From positions 1 through 55,466 of the forward strand of contig CAIXWQ010001095.1 in assembly GCA_903923175.1 (NCBI GenBank): a DNA stretch of 55,466 nt, given 5' to 3'. Positions 8,650 through 19,428 of the stretch are shown here, in pieces; position 1 is the first letter of the stretch; every line of letters begins with the position of its first letter. The translations under genes were made by a program, and so were the position numbers. This DNA comes from an uncultured delta proteobacterium. GTDB taxonomy: Bacteria; Myxococcota_A; Polyangia; Polyangiales; JADJMO01. The notes beneath the pieces are model-generated. The model saw only the letters and a list, made by a program, of their open reading frames with translations. It did not search any database and was not told the origin of the DNA.

Positions 8650-10311
8650 CCTGTCTCTCTCGCAACTCTCGTCCTCGAGCTCGGCGGTGACCGTGCGGGC
8701 GTCGCGCTCGATCCCGCGGGCGTGGCCGACGCCGGCACGGCGGTGCGGGTCCGCGAGGTGCACCAGGACTCGCGGCTGGTCGAGCCGGGCGTGCTCTTCG
8801 TCTCGCGCCTCGGCGGAGGCGACGCCGCGACCGCCCGCGCGCGCCGCGAGAAGCACCTGCGCGAGGCGCTCGCCAAGGGGGCCACGGCCGTGATGCGCGC
8901 GCTCGATCCCGAGGCGGCCGCGCTCGCGGTGCCCACGATCGGCGTGCCCGAGGAGCGGCTGCGCGAGGCCATCGGCGTGGTCGCCTCCGCGGTGCACGGC
9001 CACCCGTCGTTCGCGATCGAGGTGCTCGGCGTCACGGGGACCAACGGCAAGACGACGACCACCTGGCTGCTCGGCGGCGCGCTCGACGAGCTCGCCAAGG
9101 AGCGCGCGCGCCTCGCGGCAGGCGGCGCCGACGCTCCGACGGCCGCGCTCCCCGACTGCGCGGTGATCGGCACCGTCGAGGCGCGCCTCGGCGAGGAGCG
9201 GCGCACCACCGCGCACACGACGCCCGAGGGGGACGAGCTCGCTCGCCTGCTCGCGTGGGCGCGCGATCGCGGCGCCAAGCACGCCGCGCTCGAGGTCTCG
9301 TCGCACGCGCTCGAGCAGGCGCGCCTCTCGGGGACGCGCATGCGCGTCGCCGCGTTCACCAACCTCACGCAGGATCACCTCGACTACCACGGCTCGATGG
9401 AGGCCTATTTCGAGGCCAAGGCGCGCCTGTTCGAAGAGCTCGAGCCGGGCGCGGCGGTCGTCTGCGTCGACGACGACTGGGGCGCGATGCTCGCCTCGCG
9501 CGTGCGCGGGCCGCTGCTGCGCGTGAGCGCGCGCGGCGACGCCGACGCCGAGATCTCGCCGGTGAGCGCCGAGTGCGACGCGCGCGGCATCCGCGCGACG
9601 GTCGCGACGCCGAAGGGGAACGTCCTGCTCGAGAGCCGCCTGCTCGGCGCGCACAACCTCCAGAACCTGCTGGTCGCGCTCGGCGTGCTGATCGCGATCG
9701 ACGTCGAGCCGGCCGCTGCGGCGCGGGCGCTCGGCCTCGCCCCCGCCGTCCCCGGGCGGCTCGAGCTCGCCTCCTCGCCCGACGACGACCTGCTCGTCCT
9801 CGTCGACTACGCGCACACCCCCGACGCGCTCGCCCGCGTGCTCGCCACGCTGCGCGGCGTCGTCGGCGCAGGGCGGCTCCTCTGCGTCTTCGGCTGCGGC
9901 GGCGATCGCGACGCCACCAAGCGGGCGCCGATGGGGGCGGCGGTCGCCGCGGGGGCGGACCTCGCCTTCGTCACGAGCGACAACCCGCGCACCGAGGATC
10001 CGCTGTCGATCGTCGACGCGGTGCTCGGGGGGCTCGGCGACCTGCGAAGGCTCCCGGTCGACGAGCTCGTCGGCGCCGATCGCGGCGCGTTCGTCGAGCT
10101 CGATCGCGCCGCGGCGGTCGGGCGCGCGATCGACGCGGCGCGCCCCGGCGACGTCGTGCTGATCGCCGGCAAGGGCCACGAGGACTACCAGATCGTCGGC
10201 ACCGAGAAGCGCCACTTCGACGACGTCGAGGAGGCGTGGAAGGCCCTCGCCGCGCGGCGCGCCGACGCCGCCGGCCGCCCCGACGCCAGCGGCGAAGAGG
10301 GCGGTGCCTGA
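8590..10311 (+). CDS. murE: UDP-MurNAc-dipeptide:meso-DAP ligase MurE
   Basis: GVTGTNGKTTT, HTTPE, EVSSH, FTNLTQDHLDYH, VDYAHTPDAL, GCGGDRD, SDNPR (DNPR = m-DAP specificity), AGKGHEDYQ. True start may be ATG 8644. Confidence 0.97.
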   Translation: MHRMDGMDRTDRTERMERMDPVSLATLVLELGGDRAGVALDPAGVADAGTAVRVREVHQDSRLVEPGVLFVSRLGGGDAATARARREKHLREALAKGATAVMRALDPEAAALAVPTIGVPEERLREAIGVVASAVHGHPSFAIEVLGVTGTNGKTTTTWLLGGALDELAKERARLAAGGADAPTAALPDCAVIGTVEARLGEERRTTAHTTPEGDELARLLAWARDRGAKHAALEVSSHALEQARLSGTRMRVAAFTNLTQDHLDYHGSMEAYFEAKARLFEELEPGAAVVCVDDDWGAMLASRVRGPLLRVSARGDADAEISPVSAECDARGIRATVATPKGNVLLESRLLGAHNLQNLLVALGVLIAIDVEPAAAARALGLAPAVPGRLELASSPDDDLLVLVDYAHTPDALARVLATLRGVVGAGRLLCVFGCGGDRDATKRAPMGAAVAAGADLAFVTSDNPRTEDPLSIVDAVLGGLGDLRRLPVDELVGADRGAFVELDRAAAVGRAIDAARPGDVVLIAGKGHEDYQIVGTEKRHFDDVEEAWKALAARRADAAGRPDASGEEGGA

Positions 10312-11873
10312 TGGCGACCCCGATCCCCCAGAACCGCGCGCGCTTCCTGCTCGCCGAGCTCGCGATCGCGACCTCGGGCGTGCTCGTGCGCGGCGCCCCC
10401 GACGACGAGATCGTCGGCGTCTCGACCGACACGCGCGCCGTCGAGCCGGGCAACCTCTACGTGGCGCTGCGGGGCGAGAGCTTCGACGCGCACGACTTCG
10501 TCCCGCAGGCGATCGCCGCGGGCGCGCGGGCGGTGCTCGTCTCGCGCCCCGAGGTCGTCGAGGCCCTGCCGCCGGGCGTCGCCGCGATCTTCGTCGACGA
10601 CGTGCTCGCCGCGCTCGGCGCGCTCGCGCGGGCGCACCGTCGTCGCTGGGCGCGCGGCCGGCGCACGGCGCTCGTCGCCATCACCGGCTCGGTCGGCAAG
10701 ACCACCACCAAGACGCTCTGCCGCGCGGCGCTCGCCGCGCGCTTCGGCGACGACGGCGTGCACGCGACCGAGGGGAACCTGAACAACCGCGTCGGCGTGC
10801 CGATGACGCTGCTCGGGCTCGAGGCGGGGCACGCGGTCGCCGTCGTCGAGGTGGGGACGAGCGTGCGCGGGGAGATCGCGGTGCTCGCCGCGATCGCGGA
10901 GCCCGACGTCGCGCTGCTGACCGCGGTCGGCACCGCCCACGCCGAGGGGCTGGCGACCGGCGTCCCCGGCCCGCGGATGTCGCCGCGCGAGGCCGTCGCG
11001 CGCGAGAAGATGGCGCTGCTCGCCGCCGCGCCGCACGCCGCGATCGCGTGCGCCGACGACGCGTGGGCCCACGCGAGCCTGCTCGCCTCCAGGGCGGTGC
11101 GCACGCTGACCTTCGGGCGCGCCGAGGGCTCCACGTACCGTGTTCTCTCGCGCGCCCCGTCGGACGAGGGCAAAGCGCACGTCGTGATCGAGCGCCCGCG
11201 CTTCGGCGCGCCGGGGCAGGGGGCGCACGAGGCGCTCGAGCTCGAGCTCGGGCTGCTCGGCGACCACGCCGCCGTCGACTGCGCCGGCGCGATCGCCGCC
11301 GCCGACGCCGCCTCGGCGCTCGCGACCGGGACGCCGGTCGCCGAGGCGCTCCTCGCGGCCGGGCTCGCCAAGGTCGAAGCGCCGCCGGGGCGGCTCGCCC
11401 CGCGCACGCGCGAGGACGGCGCGCTCGTCCTCGACGACAGCTACAACGCGAGCCCCGCGGCGTTCCTCGCCTCGCTCGAGGCCGCGCGCGAGATCGCCGA
11501 GGCGACCGGCCGCGCGCTGGTGGTGGTCGTGGGCGAGATGCGCGAGCTCGGCGCCGAGGTCGTCGCGGGGCACGAGGAGGTCGGCCGCGCCGTCGTCGCC
11601 GCGCGCCCGCGCCTGGTCGCGAGCTGCGGCGGCGAGGCCGAGCGCGTCGCCGCCATCGCCGAGGCGGCGGGGATCCCGGTCGTGCGCAGCGCGTCGTCGG
11701 CCGAGGCCGCGGCGGCCGTCGCGCCGCTGATCGCGAAGGGCGACGTGGTGCTCGTGAAGGGTTCGCGCGGCGCGACGACCGAGAAGGTGGTCGCGGCGAT
11801 CTTGGCGGCGATCTTGGCCCCTGGCGCGCCGATCGCGGATTCCCACCGCGAGACCGCGCGAGGGGGAGCCTGA
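10311..11873 (+). CDS. murF: UDP-MurNAc-tripeptide:D-Ala-D-Ala ligase MurF
   Basis: VSTDTR, ALRGESFDAHDF, ITGSVGKTTTK, GNLNNRVGVP, DDSYNASP, GEMRELG, VLVKGSRG. TGATG overlap with murE. Confidence 0.96.
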   Translation: MATPIPQNRARFLLAELAIATSGVLVRGAPDDEIVGVSTDTRAVEPGNLYVALRGESFDAHDFVPQAIAAGARAVLVSRPEVVEALPPGVAAIFVDDVLAALGALARAHRRRWARGRRTALVAITGSVGKTTTKTLCRAALAARFGDDGVHATEGNLNNRVGVPMTLLGLEAGHAVAVVEVGTSVRGEIAVLAAIAEPDVALLTAVGTAHAEGLATGVPGPRMSPREAVAREKMALLAAAPHAAIACADDAWAHASLLASRAVRTLTFGRAEGSTYRVLSRAPSDEGKAHVVIERPRFGAPGQGAHEALELELGLLGDHAAVDCAGAIAAADAASALATGTPVAEALLAAGLAKVEAPPGRLAPRTREDGALVLDDSYNASPAAFLASLEAAREIAEATGRALVVVVGEMRELGAEVVAGHEEVGRAVVAARPRLVASCGGEAERVAAIAEAAGIPVVRSASSAEAAAAVAPLIAKGDVVLVKGSRGATTEKVVAAILAAILAPGAPIADSHRETARGGA

Positions 11874-11879
11874 GCCGCC

Positions 11880-13109
11880 ATGCTGTACGAGCTCCTCTAC
11901 CCGCTGCGCCACCACGCCCCGTGGCTCGGAGGCCTCAACGTCCTCCGCTACATCCCGTTTCGCGCGGTCGCCGCGACGCTGACGGCGATGTTCATGAGCT
12001 TCATGATGAGCCCCTGGTTCATCCGGCAGCTGCAGAACAAGCAGATCGGGCAGTTCATCCGCGAGGACGAGGCGGCGCACCACCAGATCAAGCGCGGCAC
12101 GCCGACCATGGGCGGCTCGCTCGTCCTGCTCTGCCTGCTCGTGCCGACCATCCTCTGGGCCGATCCGCACAACGTCTTCGTCTGGGCCACCGCCGCGGTG
12201 ACCGCCGGCTACGGCGTCATCGGCTACCTCGACGACTACCTCAAGATCCACCGGCGCAACTCGGAAGGGCTCGCCGGGCGCTACAAGCTCGTCGGCCAGT
12301 TCCTCGTCGGCGGCGCCGCGCTCGCCTACGTCTTCGTGCCGCGCGCCGGGCTCCCCGCCGACTGGCTGGCGATCCGCACGCACCTCGCGCTGCCGTTCGT
12401 CGCGTTCTCCAAGCACCCCATCATCCTGCCGGGGTGGCTCTACGTGATCTTCGCGCTGATCGTCGTGGTCGGCATGTCCAACGGCGTGAACCTCACCGAC
12501 GGCGCCGACGGCCTCGCCATCGGCCCGGTCATCATCAACGCCGGCACGTACCTGATCATCGCCTACCTCACCGGCGCGACGCTCGCCGGCGCGACGCTCG
12601 CGAAGTTCCTCAACGTCGCGCCCGAGGTCCGGACGGCCCTCTCGCACCCCGACGTCTACTTCTCGTTCGCGCGCTACCTCGACATACCCGCGGTCCAGAC
12701 GACCGGCGAGCTCACCATCTACTGCGGCGCCATGCTCGGCGCCGGCGTGGGCTTCCTGTGGTTCAACGCCTTCCCCGCCAGCGTCTTCATGGGCGACGTC
12801 GGCGCCCTGGCGCTCGGCGGCGGCCTCGGGATGTGCGCGGTGCTCACCAAGAGCGAGCTGCTGAGCCTCGTGCTCGGCGGCGTCTTCGTCGTCGAGGCGG
12901 GCTCGAGCTTCCTGCAGACGAGCTGGTTCAAGCTCACGCGGCGCTTCTCGCCGCTGCCGAGCGGCGAGGGGCGCAGGCTCTTCTTGCGCGCGCCGTTCCA
13001 CCACCACCTCGAGAAGAAGGGGTAGCCCGAGACCAAGATCGTCGTGAGGTTCTGGATCGTCACGGTGCTGCTCGCCCTGATCAGCATCGCCCAGCTGAAG
13101 GTGCGGTGA
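11880..13109 (+). CDS. mraY: Phospho-MurNAc-pentapeptide transferase MraY with in-frame TAG at 13023-13025
   Basis: [65 protein letters not shown]...LKVR. Homology continues in frame for 27 codons after the TAG, to TGA at 13107-13109. Confidence 0.95.
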
Positions 13110-13116
13110 GGCGGAC

Positions 13117-14517
13117 ATGAGCGGCAAGGAGCTCCGCGGCAAGCGCGTGGTGGTGGTCGGGCTCGGGCTCTCGGGCGAGGCGGCCTGCCGGCTCGCGCGC
13201 GCGAAGGGGGCCGAGGTGCTCGCCAACGACGCGCGCTCGCGCGCCCAGATCGGCGAAGGGGTCGCGGCCGGGCTCGAGGCCGAGGGGATCGAGCTCACGC
13301 TCGGCACCCACGCGGGGGTCGATCTGGTCGGGGCCGACGTCGTCGTCGTCTCGCCGGGCGTCCCCGCGATCGCCTTCCTCGCCGACGCCGAGCGGTACGG
13401 CGCAAACCTCGTCTCCGAGATCGAGCTCGCGAGCTGGTTCGTCGACGCGGAGCTCGTCGCCGTCGGCGGCACCAACGGCAAGAGCACCACCACCGAGCTC
13501 TGCGCGGCGCTCGCGCGCACCACCGGGCGCCCGGTCTTCGCCGGCGGCAACCTCGGCGTCCCGCTCGCCCAGGCGGTGCTCGAGAACGACCCCGGCGTCG
13601 GCAGCGACGGCATCGCGGTCGTCGAGGTCTCGTCGTTCCAGCTCGAGCGCGTGCGCGGCTTCCGGCCGCGCGCCTCGATCCTGCTCAACGTCACCGACGA
13701 CCACCTCGATCGCTACCCGTCGTTCGAGGCCTACGCGATCGCCAAGGCGGGCGCGTTCCGCGCGCAGCGAAAGGACGATTTCGCGATCGTCCCGCACGGC
13801 GACGCGCTCTCGGCGCGCGTCGCCTCGCTCGGCTACGCCACCCTCGAGACCATCGACGGCCCTGCGCCAGCGAGCGTCGGCGTCGAGGGCGATCGCCTCG
13901 TCGATCGCGCGCGCGGCGTCTCGATGCCGCTCTCGGCGCTGAAGCTCGCCGGGCGCCACAACGTCACGAACCTCGCCGCCGCGTGGGCCGCCATCCGCGA
14001 CCTCGGCGCCGATCCGGGCCTGTTCCAGCCGGCGATCGAGTCGTTCAGCGGGCTGCCGCACCGCATGGTGCTCGCGCGCGAGCTCGACGGCGTGCGCTGG
14101 TACGACGACTCCAAGGGGACGAACGTCGGCGCGGTGGTCACCGCGCTCGACGGCGTCACCGAGCCCAAGGCGGTGCTGATCGCCGGCGGCCGCGACAAGG
14201 GCGGCAGCTACGGGCCGATGATCGACGCCCTTGCCCGCAAGGGGCGCGCGCTCGTGCTCATCGGCGAGGCCGCCGCGGCGATCGAGGCCGCCGCCAAGGC
14301 GCAGCTCCCCACGCTCCCGATCGCGCGCGCGACCTCGATGGAGGACGCCGTGCGCGCCGCGCGCGAGCTCGCGCAGGCGGGCGACGCGGTGCTGCTCTCG
14401 CCGGCCTGCTCGTCGTACGACATGTTCAAGGACTACAAGCAGCGCGGCGATCTCTTCGTCGCGGCGGTGCAGGCCCTCGACGCGCGCGCGGCGCGTGCTG
14501 GCGGGGGCGCGCCGTGA
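13117..14517 (+). CDS. murD: UDP-MurNAc-L-Ala:D-Glu ligase MurD
   Basis: VVGLGLSG, VVSPGVP, GGTNGKSTTT, GGNLG, EVSSFQLE, LNVTDDHLDRY, YDDSKGTN, LLSPACSSYDMF. Confidence 0.97.
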   Translation: MSGKELRGKRVVVVGLGLSGEAACRLARAKGAEVLANDARSRAQIGEGVAAGLEAEGIELTLGTHAGVDLVGADVVVVSPGVPAIAFLADAERYGANLVSEIELASWFVDAELVAVGGTNGKSTTTELCAALARTTGRPVFAGGNLGVPLAQAVLENDPGVGSDGIAVVEVSSFQLERVRGFRPRASILLNVTDDHLDRYPSFEAYAIAKAGAFRAQRKDDFAIVPHGDALSARVASLGYATLETIDGPAPASVGVEGDRLVDRARGVSMPLSALKLAGRHNVTNLAAAWAAIRDLGADPGLFQPAIESFSGLPHRMVLARELDGVRWYDDSKGTNVGAVVTALDGVTEPKAVLIAGGRDKGGSYGPMIDALARKGRALVLIGEAAAAIEAAAKAQLPTLPIARATSMEDAVRAARELAQAGDAVLLSPACSSYDMFKDYKQRGDLFVAAVQALDARAARAGGGAP

Positions 14518-15782
14518 ACAGCGCGGCGTCGTCTACCGGAGCGAACGGAGCGACCGGAGCCACCGGGAGCCTCCGCAAGCCGAGCCTGCGCGAGCGGGCC
14601 GAGCGGCTGCTCTCGGTGGCGGGGCCGGTCGATCCCATCCTGGCCGCGGTGGTGGTCACGCTCGTCTCGTTCGGGATCGTGATGGTCTACTCGGCGAGCG
14701 CGATCGAGGCGACCGTCCAGCACAAGGACGCGCAGTACTTCCTCAAGCGCCAGGTGCCGTTCGGCTTCGTCGGCCTCGGGCTCGCCTGGCTCATCTCGCG
14801 CATCGACTACCGCCGCTACCAGAAGGCGAGCGCCACCTACGGCATCCTCGCGATCGTCGTCGTGCTGCTCGTCGCGGCGATCGCCGGCTTCGGCAAGACG
14901 GGCGGCGGCGCGACGCGCTGGCTCGCGCTCGGCCCGGTGCACGTGCAGCCCGCCGAGCTCGCCAAGCTCTCGATCGTGATCTGGCTCGCCTACTCGCTGG
15001 CGAAGAAGGGCGAGGACGTCATGAAGTCCTTCGCCCTCGGCTTCTTGCCGCAGCTGATCATGGCGCTGTTCTTGATGGCGCTCTGCCTCAAGCAGCCCGA
15101 CTTCGGCAGCGCCGTCGTGCTCCTGCTCCTCACGTTCACGATGATGTTCATCGCGGGCGCGAAGGTCGGCTACATCATGGGCGCCGCGATCATCGGCAGC
15201 GCCGCGGGCGCCGCGCTGGTGCGCTTTCGCGAGTACCGCTGGGAGCGCATCCAGGCGTGGCTCGAGATGGAGGCGCACCGCCAGGATCTCGCCTACCAGC
15301 CGTTCCAGGCGCGCATGAGCTTCGGCTCGGGCGAGATCTTCGGCCTCGGCCTCGGCAAGGGGCTGCAGATCCTCTACCTGCCCGAGGCGCACACCGACTT
15401 CGTGAGCGCCGTCGTCGGCGAGGAGCTCGGCTTCGTCGGCATCGCGCTGCTCTGCGCGGCCTACGTGACCCTCGTCGTGCGCGGCGTGCGCGCGGCGTTC
15501 AAGGCCCCCGACGACTTCGGCACCTATCTCGCCTTCGGTATCTCGACGCTCTTCGCGCTGCAGGTGCTGATCAACCTCGCGATGGCGATGTCGCTCCTGC
15601 CCACCAAGGGGCTCGCGCTGCCGTTCATGTCGTACGGCGGCTCCTCGCTGCTGGTGAACGCGATCGCCGCCGGCATCCTGCTCAACGTCTCGCGCCACGC
15701 GCGCGACGCGGAGCCCGTGGCCGATCCCAACGCGACCCCGGATCCGCCGGGCGTCGAGATCTCGAAGGATGCGCTGGCATGA
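14514..15782 (+). CDS. ftsW: Peptidoglycan polymerase FtsW
   Basis: MVYSAS, GATRWLALG...QPAELAK, KQPDFG, YQPFQA...GSGEIFGLGLGKG, LPEAHTDF, GEELGF, LPTKGLALPFMSYGGSSL. Confidence 0.96.
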   Translation: MNSAASSTGANGATGATGSLRKPSLRERAERLLSVAGPVDPILAAVVVTLVSFGIVMVYSASAIEATVQHKDAQYFLKRQVPFGFVGLGLAWLISRIDYRRYQKASATYGILAIVVVLLVAAIAGFGKTGGGATRWLALGPVHVQPAELAKLSIVIWLAYSLAKKGEDVMKSFALGFLPQLIMALFLMALCLKQPDFGSAVVLLLLTFTMMFIAGAKVGYIMGAAIIGSAAGAALVRFREYRWERIQAWLEMEAHRQDLAYQPFQARMSFGSGEIFGLGLGKGLQILYLPEAHTDFVSAVVGEELGFVGIALLCAAYVTLVVRGVRAAFKAPDDFGTYLAFGISTLFALQVLINLAMAMSLLPTKGLALPFMSYGGSSLLVNAIAAGILLNVSRHARDAEPVADPNATPDPPGVEISKDALA

Positions 15783-16927
15783 GCGCCTCCCAGCCCCTCG
15801 TCCTCTTCGCCGGCGGCGGCACCGGCGGCCACGTGTTCCCGCTCGTGGCGCTCGCCGAGGCGTTCGAGCGCGTCGCGCCGCAGGTGCGCTTGCGCTTCGT
15901 CGGCACCCCGCGCGGGCTCGAGGCGCGCGTGATCCCGGCGCGCGGCTGGGCGCTCGACCTCGTCTCGGCCGAGCCGATGATGGGGCGCTCGTTGCTCGCG
16001 TCCGCGCGCGGCGCGATGGTCGCGGGGGCCGGCGTGTTCCAGGCCGCCGCGCTCCTCGTCAAGCACCGTCCGGACCTGGTCGTCTCCGTCGGCGGCTACG
16101 CGGCGGGGCCGATCGCGCTCGCCGCCGCCGCGATGCTGATCCCGGTCGTGCTGCTCGAGCCGAACCGCACCGCGGGGCGCACCCAGCGGCTGCTCAAGCC
16201 GCTCGCGCGCCGCATCTACGTCGGCTTCGAAGAGGCGCTCGCCGAGCACGGCGACAAGGGGCGCGCGCTCGGCGTGCCGCTGCGCAGCGGGTTCACGCCC
16301 GTGGCCCCGCGGCCGCACAGCCCCTCGGATCCCCTCAACGTCTTCGTCATGGGCGGCAGCCAGGGGGCGCAGCACCTCAACGAGACGCTCCCTGCGGCGA
16401 TCGCGCTCCTCGTGAAGGAGCCGGATCACGTCCGGCTGCGCATCCTGCACCAGGCTGGCCGCGAGAAGGTGCAGCCGACCGAGTCCGCCTACGCCGCCGC
16501 GCTGCCCAAGCACGATCACCGCATCGAGGTGCACGTGGTCGACTTCCTCGACGACGTGCAGAAGCGCCTCGCCGCCGCCGACGTCGTGATCGCCCGCGCC
16601 GGCGCCCTCACCTGCGCCGAGATCTGCGCGGTGGGGCGGCCCGCCATCCTCGTGCCGTATCCCTTCGCCGCCGACGACCACCAGGCGGCGAACGCGGACG
16701 CGATGCAGCGCGCCGGGGCGGCGATCGCGATGCGCCAACCCCAGGCCACCGCCGAGGCGCTCGCGGCCGCGCTGCGGGATCTCGCGCTCGACGACGAAAA
16801 GCGCATCTCCATGGCCGAAGCGGCGCGGCGGCGCTGCGTGCCCGACGCGGCGACGGCGATCACGCGTGATTTGCTCGAGCTCGTCGGGATCTCGAGCGCG
16901 GAAGAGGCTGCCCATGTTTCGCGGTAG
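15779..16927 (+). CDS. murG: Lipid I N-acetylglucosamine transferase MurG
   Basis: [47 protein letters not shown]. Confidence 0.97.
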   Translation: MSASQPLVLFAGGGTGGHVFPLVALAEAFERVAPQVRLRFVGTPRGLEARVIPARGWALDLVSAEPMMGRSLLASARGAMVAGAGVFQAAALLVKHRPDLVVSVGGYAAGPIALAAAAMLIPVVLLEPNRTAGRTQRLLKPLARRIYVGFEEALAEHGDKGRALGVPLRSGFTPVAPRPHSPSDPLNVFVMGGSQGAQHLNETLPAAIALLVKEPDHVRLRILHQAGREKVQPTESAYAAALPKHDHRIEVHVVDFLDDVQKRLAAADVVIARAGALTCAEICAVGRPAILVPYPFAADDHQAANADAMQRAGAAIAMRQPQATAEALAAALRDLALDDEKRISMAEAARRRCVPDAATAITRDLLELVGISSAEEAAHVSR

Positions 16928-18323
16928 GGTTCGACAGATCCACTTCGTAGGCGTGGGCGGCATCGGCATGTCCGGCATCGCCGAGATCCTGCGCTCGCTC
17001 GACTTCGAGGTCTCCGGCTCCGACCTCAAGGGCTCCGACGTCACGCGGCGCCTCGAGGGGCTCGGCGTGGTCGTGCACCTCGGTCACCGCGCGGAGAACG
17101 TCGCCGAGGCCGACGTCGTGGTGATCTCGAGCGCGGTCAGCCGCGAGAACCCCGAGGTCGTCGAGGCGCGGCGGCGGCAGATCCCCGTCATCCAGCGCGC
17201 GGAGATGCTCGCCGAGCTGATGCGCCTCAAGCACGGCGTGGCGATCGCGGGCTCGCACGGCAAGACGACGACGACCTCGCTGGTCGCCACGGTGCTGCGC
17301 GCGGCCGGGCTCGACCCGACCGTGGTCGTCGGAGGCAAGGTCAACGCGCTCGGCTCCAACGCGCGGCTCGGGCAGGGCGATCTGCTCGTCGCCGAGGCCG
17401 ACGAGTCCGACGGCTCGTTCCTGCGGCTCACGCCCACGATCGCGGTCGTCACCAACATCGATCCCGAGCACCTCGACCACTACGGCACGCACGAGAAACT
17501 GAAGCAGGCCTTCGTCGAATTCGTCGAGCGCGTGCCGTTCTACGGCCTCGGCGTGCTGTGCCTCGATCACCCGCACGTGCAGGCGATCCTGCCGAAGATC
17601 GACCGGCGCCACGTGACCTACGGCACCAGCGCGCAGGCCGACTACCGCGCCGCCAACGTCACGTTCCACGGCCTCGAGACCCACTTCGACGCCTACCGCC
17701 GCCGCGAGCGCCTCGGCAGCTTCGTCGTGCGCATGCCCGGCGCGCACAACGTGCTCAACACGCTCGCCGCGATCGCGGTCGCCGACGAGCTCGCGGTGCC
17801 GCTCGACGTGGTCCGCGACGCGCTCGCGAGCTTCGGCGGCGTGCAGCGCCGCTTCACCATCGTCGGCGAGGTCGCCGGCGTGATGACCGTCGACGACTAC
17901 GGCCACCACCCGGCCGAGGTCGAGGCCACGCTCGAGGCCGCGCGGCGGGCCTTCGATCGCCGCCTCGTCGTCGCGTTCCAGCCGCACCGCTACTCGCGCA
18001 CGCAGATGCTGATGAACGACTTCGCGCGCGCGTTCAACCGCGCCGACAAGGTCCTCATCACCGAGATCTACGCCGCGGGCGAGGAGCCGATCCCCGGCAT
18101 CAGCGGCGCGACGCTCGCCGAGAACGTGCGCGCGCACGGCCATCACGACGTCACCTTCGTGCCCACGCGCGCCGCCGTGACCGACGTGCTCGAGCGCGAG
18201 GTCCGCCCCGGCGATCTCGTCATCGCGCTCGGCGCGGGCGACATCAACAAGTGCGCGCGCGAGCTGCTCGAGCGGCTCGCGGCCAACGCGAAGCCCGAGG
18301 GCGAAGGAGCTCCGAGCGTATGA
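16914..18323 (+). CDS. murC: UDP-MurNAc:L-Ala ligase MurC
   Basis: [65 protein letters not shown]. Confidence 0.98.
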   Translation: MFRGRVRQIHFVGVGGIGMSGIAEILRSLDFEVSGSDLKGSDVTRRLEGLGVVVHLGHRAENVAEADVVVISSAVSRENPEVVEARRRQIPVIQRAEMLAELMRLKHGVAIAGSHGKTTTTSLVATVLRAAGLDPTVVVGGKVNALGSNARLGQGDLLVAEADESDGSFLRLTPTIAVVTNIDPEHLDHYGTHEKLKQAFVEFVERVPFYGLGVLCLDHPHVQAILPKIDRRHVTYGTSAQADYRAANVTFHGLETHFDAYRRRERLGSFVVRMPGAHNVLNTLAAIAVADELAVPLDVVRDALASFGGVQRRFTIVGEVAGVMTVDDYGHHPAEVEATLEAARRAFDRRLVVAFQPHRYSRTQMLMNDFARAFNRADKVLITEIYAAGEEPIPGISGATLAENVRAHGHHDVTFVPTRAAVTDVLEREVRPGDLVIALGAGDINKCARELLERLAANAKPEGEGAPSV

Positions 18324-19297
18324 GCTCCTCGCGCGTGCCGCCGACGAACCGCCGCGTCGTGACCAAGCAAGAGGTCGCGACGAAGGCGAACGTGCGTGCG
18401 GCACGCGACGGCGAGCTCGTCGTGAAGGCGGCGCCTTGGGATCCGGATCTGCTCTGGCGGCGGCTGCGCCTCGCGGGCCGCATCGCGCTCGCGATCGTCG
18501 TGGTCGCGATCGGCGCGGCGGCGGCCGTGTCCGCGCGCCGCTACGTCACCACCAGCGCGCGGTTCGGCCTCAAGGAGCTGCGCATCGAGGGGGCGCGGCG
18601 CCTCTCGGCTTCGCAGGTGCAGGCGCTCGCGGGGCTCGAGATCGGGCAGAACGTGGTGGACGTCGATCTCGACGCGCTGCGCGCCAAGCTCGAGAAGAAC
18701 CCGTGGATCGAGCGCGCGCAGGTGCAGCGGCGCCTGCCGGCGAGCCTCACGATCGAGATCGTCGAGCACGAGGCGGCGGCGCTGGTCACGCTGCCCACCG
18801 GCACCTATCTCGCGACCCCCAACGGCGCGCTCTTCAAGCGCGTCGAGCTCGGCGATCCCGACGACCTCCCGATCGTCACCGGGATCGCGCCCGACGAGGC
18901 CTCGGGCGATCGCGAGGCCACCGCCCAGCTCGTCAAGCGCGCGCTGGAGCTCTCGGCCGAGATCGAGCGCGTCGGCATCTACGGCGGGCGCGTCGAGGAG
19001 CTGCACGTCGAGCCCGACGGTGGGCTCTCGGCCGTGGTCGGCAAGCGCGCCGTGCGGCTGGTGTTCGGCCGCGCGCCCTACCGCGCGAAGGTGCGCCTCG
19101 GCGCCAAGATCGAGGCCGAGCTCACGCGCCGCGGCGCGCGCCCGACCGTGCTCTTCCTCGACGACGACGGCCATCCGGAGCGCATCGTCGTGCGGCTCGT
19201 CTCGGCTCTTCCGCAGGCGCAGGTCACCGTCGACGGGCCCGGCCCGACGGCCTCGATGAACGGCGGCGGGGCCAAGAAGAAGGGGGGCGCGCCGTGA
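18320..19297 (+). CDS. ftsQ: Cell division protein FtsQ/DivIB
   Basis: One TM, POTRA-like IEGARRLS...[36 protein letters not shown]; directly upstream of ftsA; ATGA overlap with murC. Confidence 0.92.
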   Translation: MSSSRVPPTNRRVVTKQEVATKANVRAARDGELVVKAAPWDPDLLWRRLRLAGRIALAIVVVAIGAAAAVSARRYVTTSARFGLKELRIEGARRLSASQVQALAGLEIGQNVVDVDLDALRAKLEKNPWIERAQVQRRLPASLTIEIVEHEAAALVTLPTGTYLATPNGALFKRVELGDPDDLPIVTGIAPDEASGDREATAQLVKRALELSAEIERVGIYGGRVEELHVEPDGGLSAVVGKRAVRLVFGRAPYRAKVRLGAKIEAELTRRGARPTVLFLDDDGHPERIVVRLVSALPQAQVTVDGPGPTASMNGGGAKKKGGAP

Positions 19298-19351
19298 AGC
19301 GCGATCTTCCGACGGCGCGCGGTCGAATTCGCGATGCCAAAACTTGGCCGG

Positions 19352-19422
19352 TGCTCCCGGCTCCTGACAGGTTCGCCCCGTCGTCGAGAAATCGCCGACC
19401 GGCAACGCGGGTCCTGGGAGCA
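19352..19422 (+). promoter_or_regulatory. Candidate structured ftsA leader sequestering the SD
   Basis: TGCTCCCGG (19352-19360) can pair with CTGGGAGCA (19414-19422), which holds the GGGAG SD; internal hairpin CGA-GAAA-TCG. Confidence 0.4.
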
Positions 19423-19428
19423 AGCACG

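Noticed and set aside
6217-10215. Very long antisense and alternate-frame ORFs (e.g. 6217-10215, 10185-13694, 29937-33452, 49482-53828)
   Set aside because: They shadow well-supported genes, are Arg/Ala/Gly-rich with no motifs, and are expected from stop-codon scarcity in high-GC3 DNA.
13023-13025. Genome-wide TAG reassignment
   Set aside because: TAG is a clear terminal stop at 1530-1532, 44806-44808 (next ATG follows immediately) and for priA (46442-46444).
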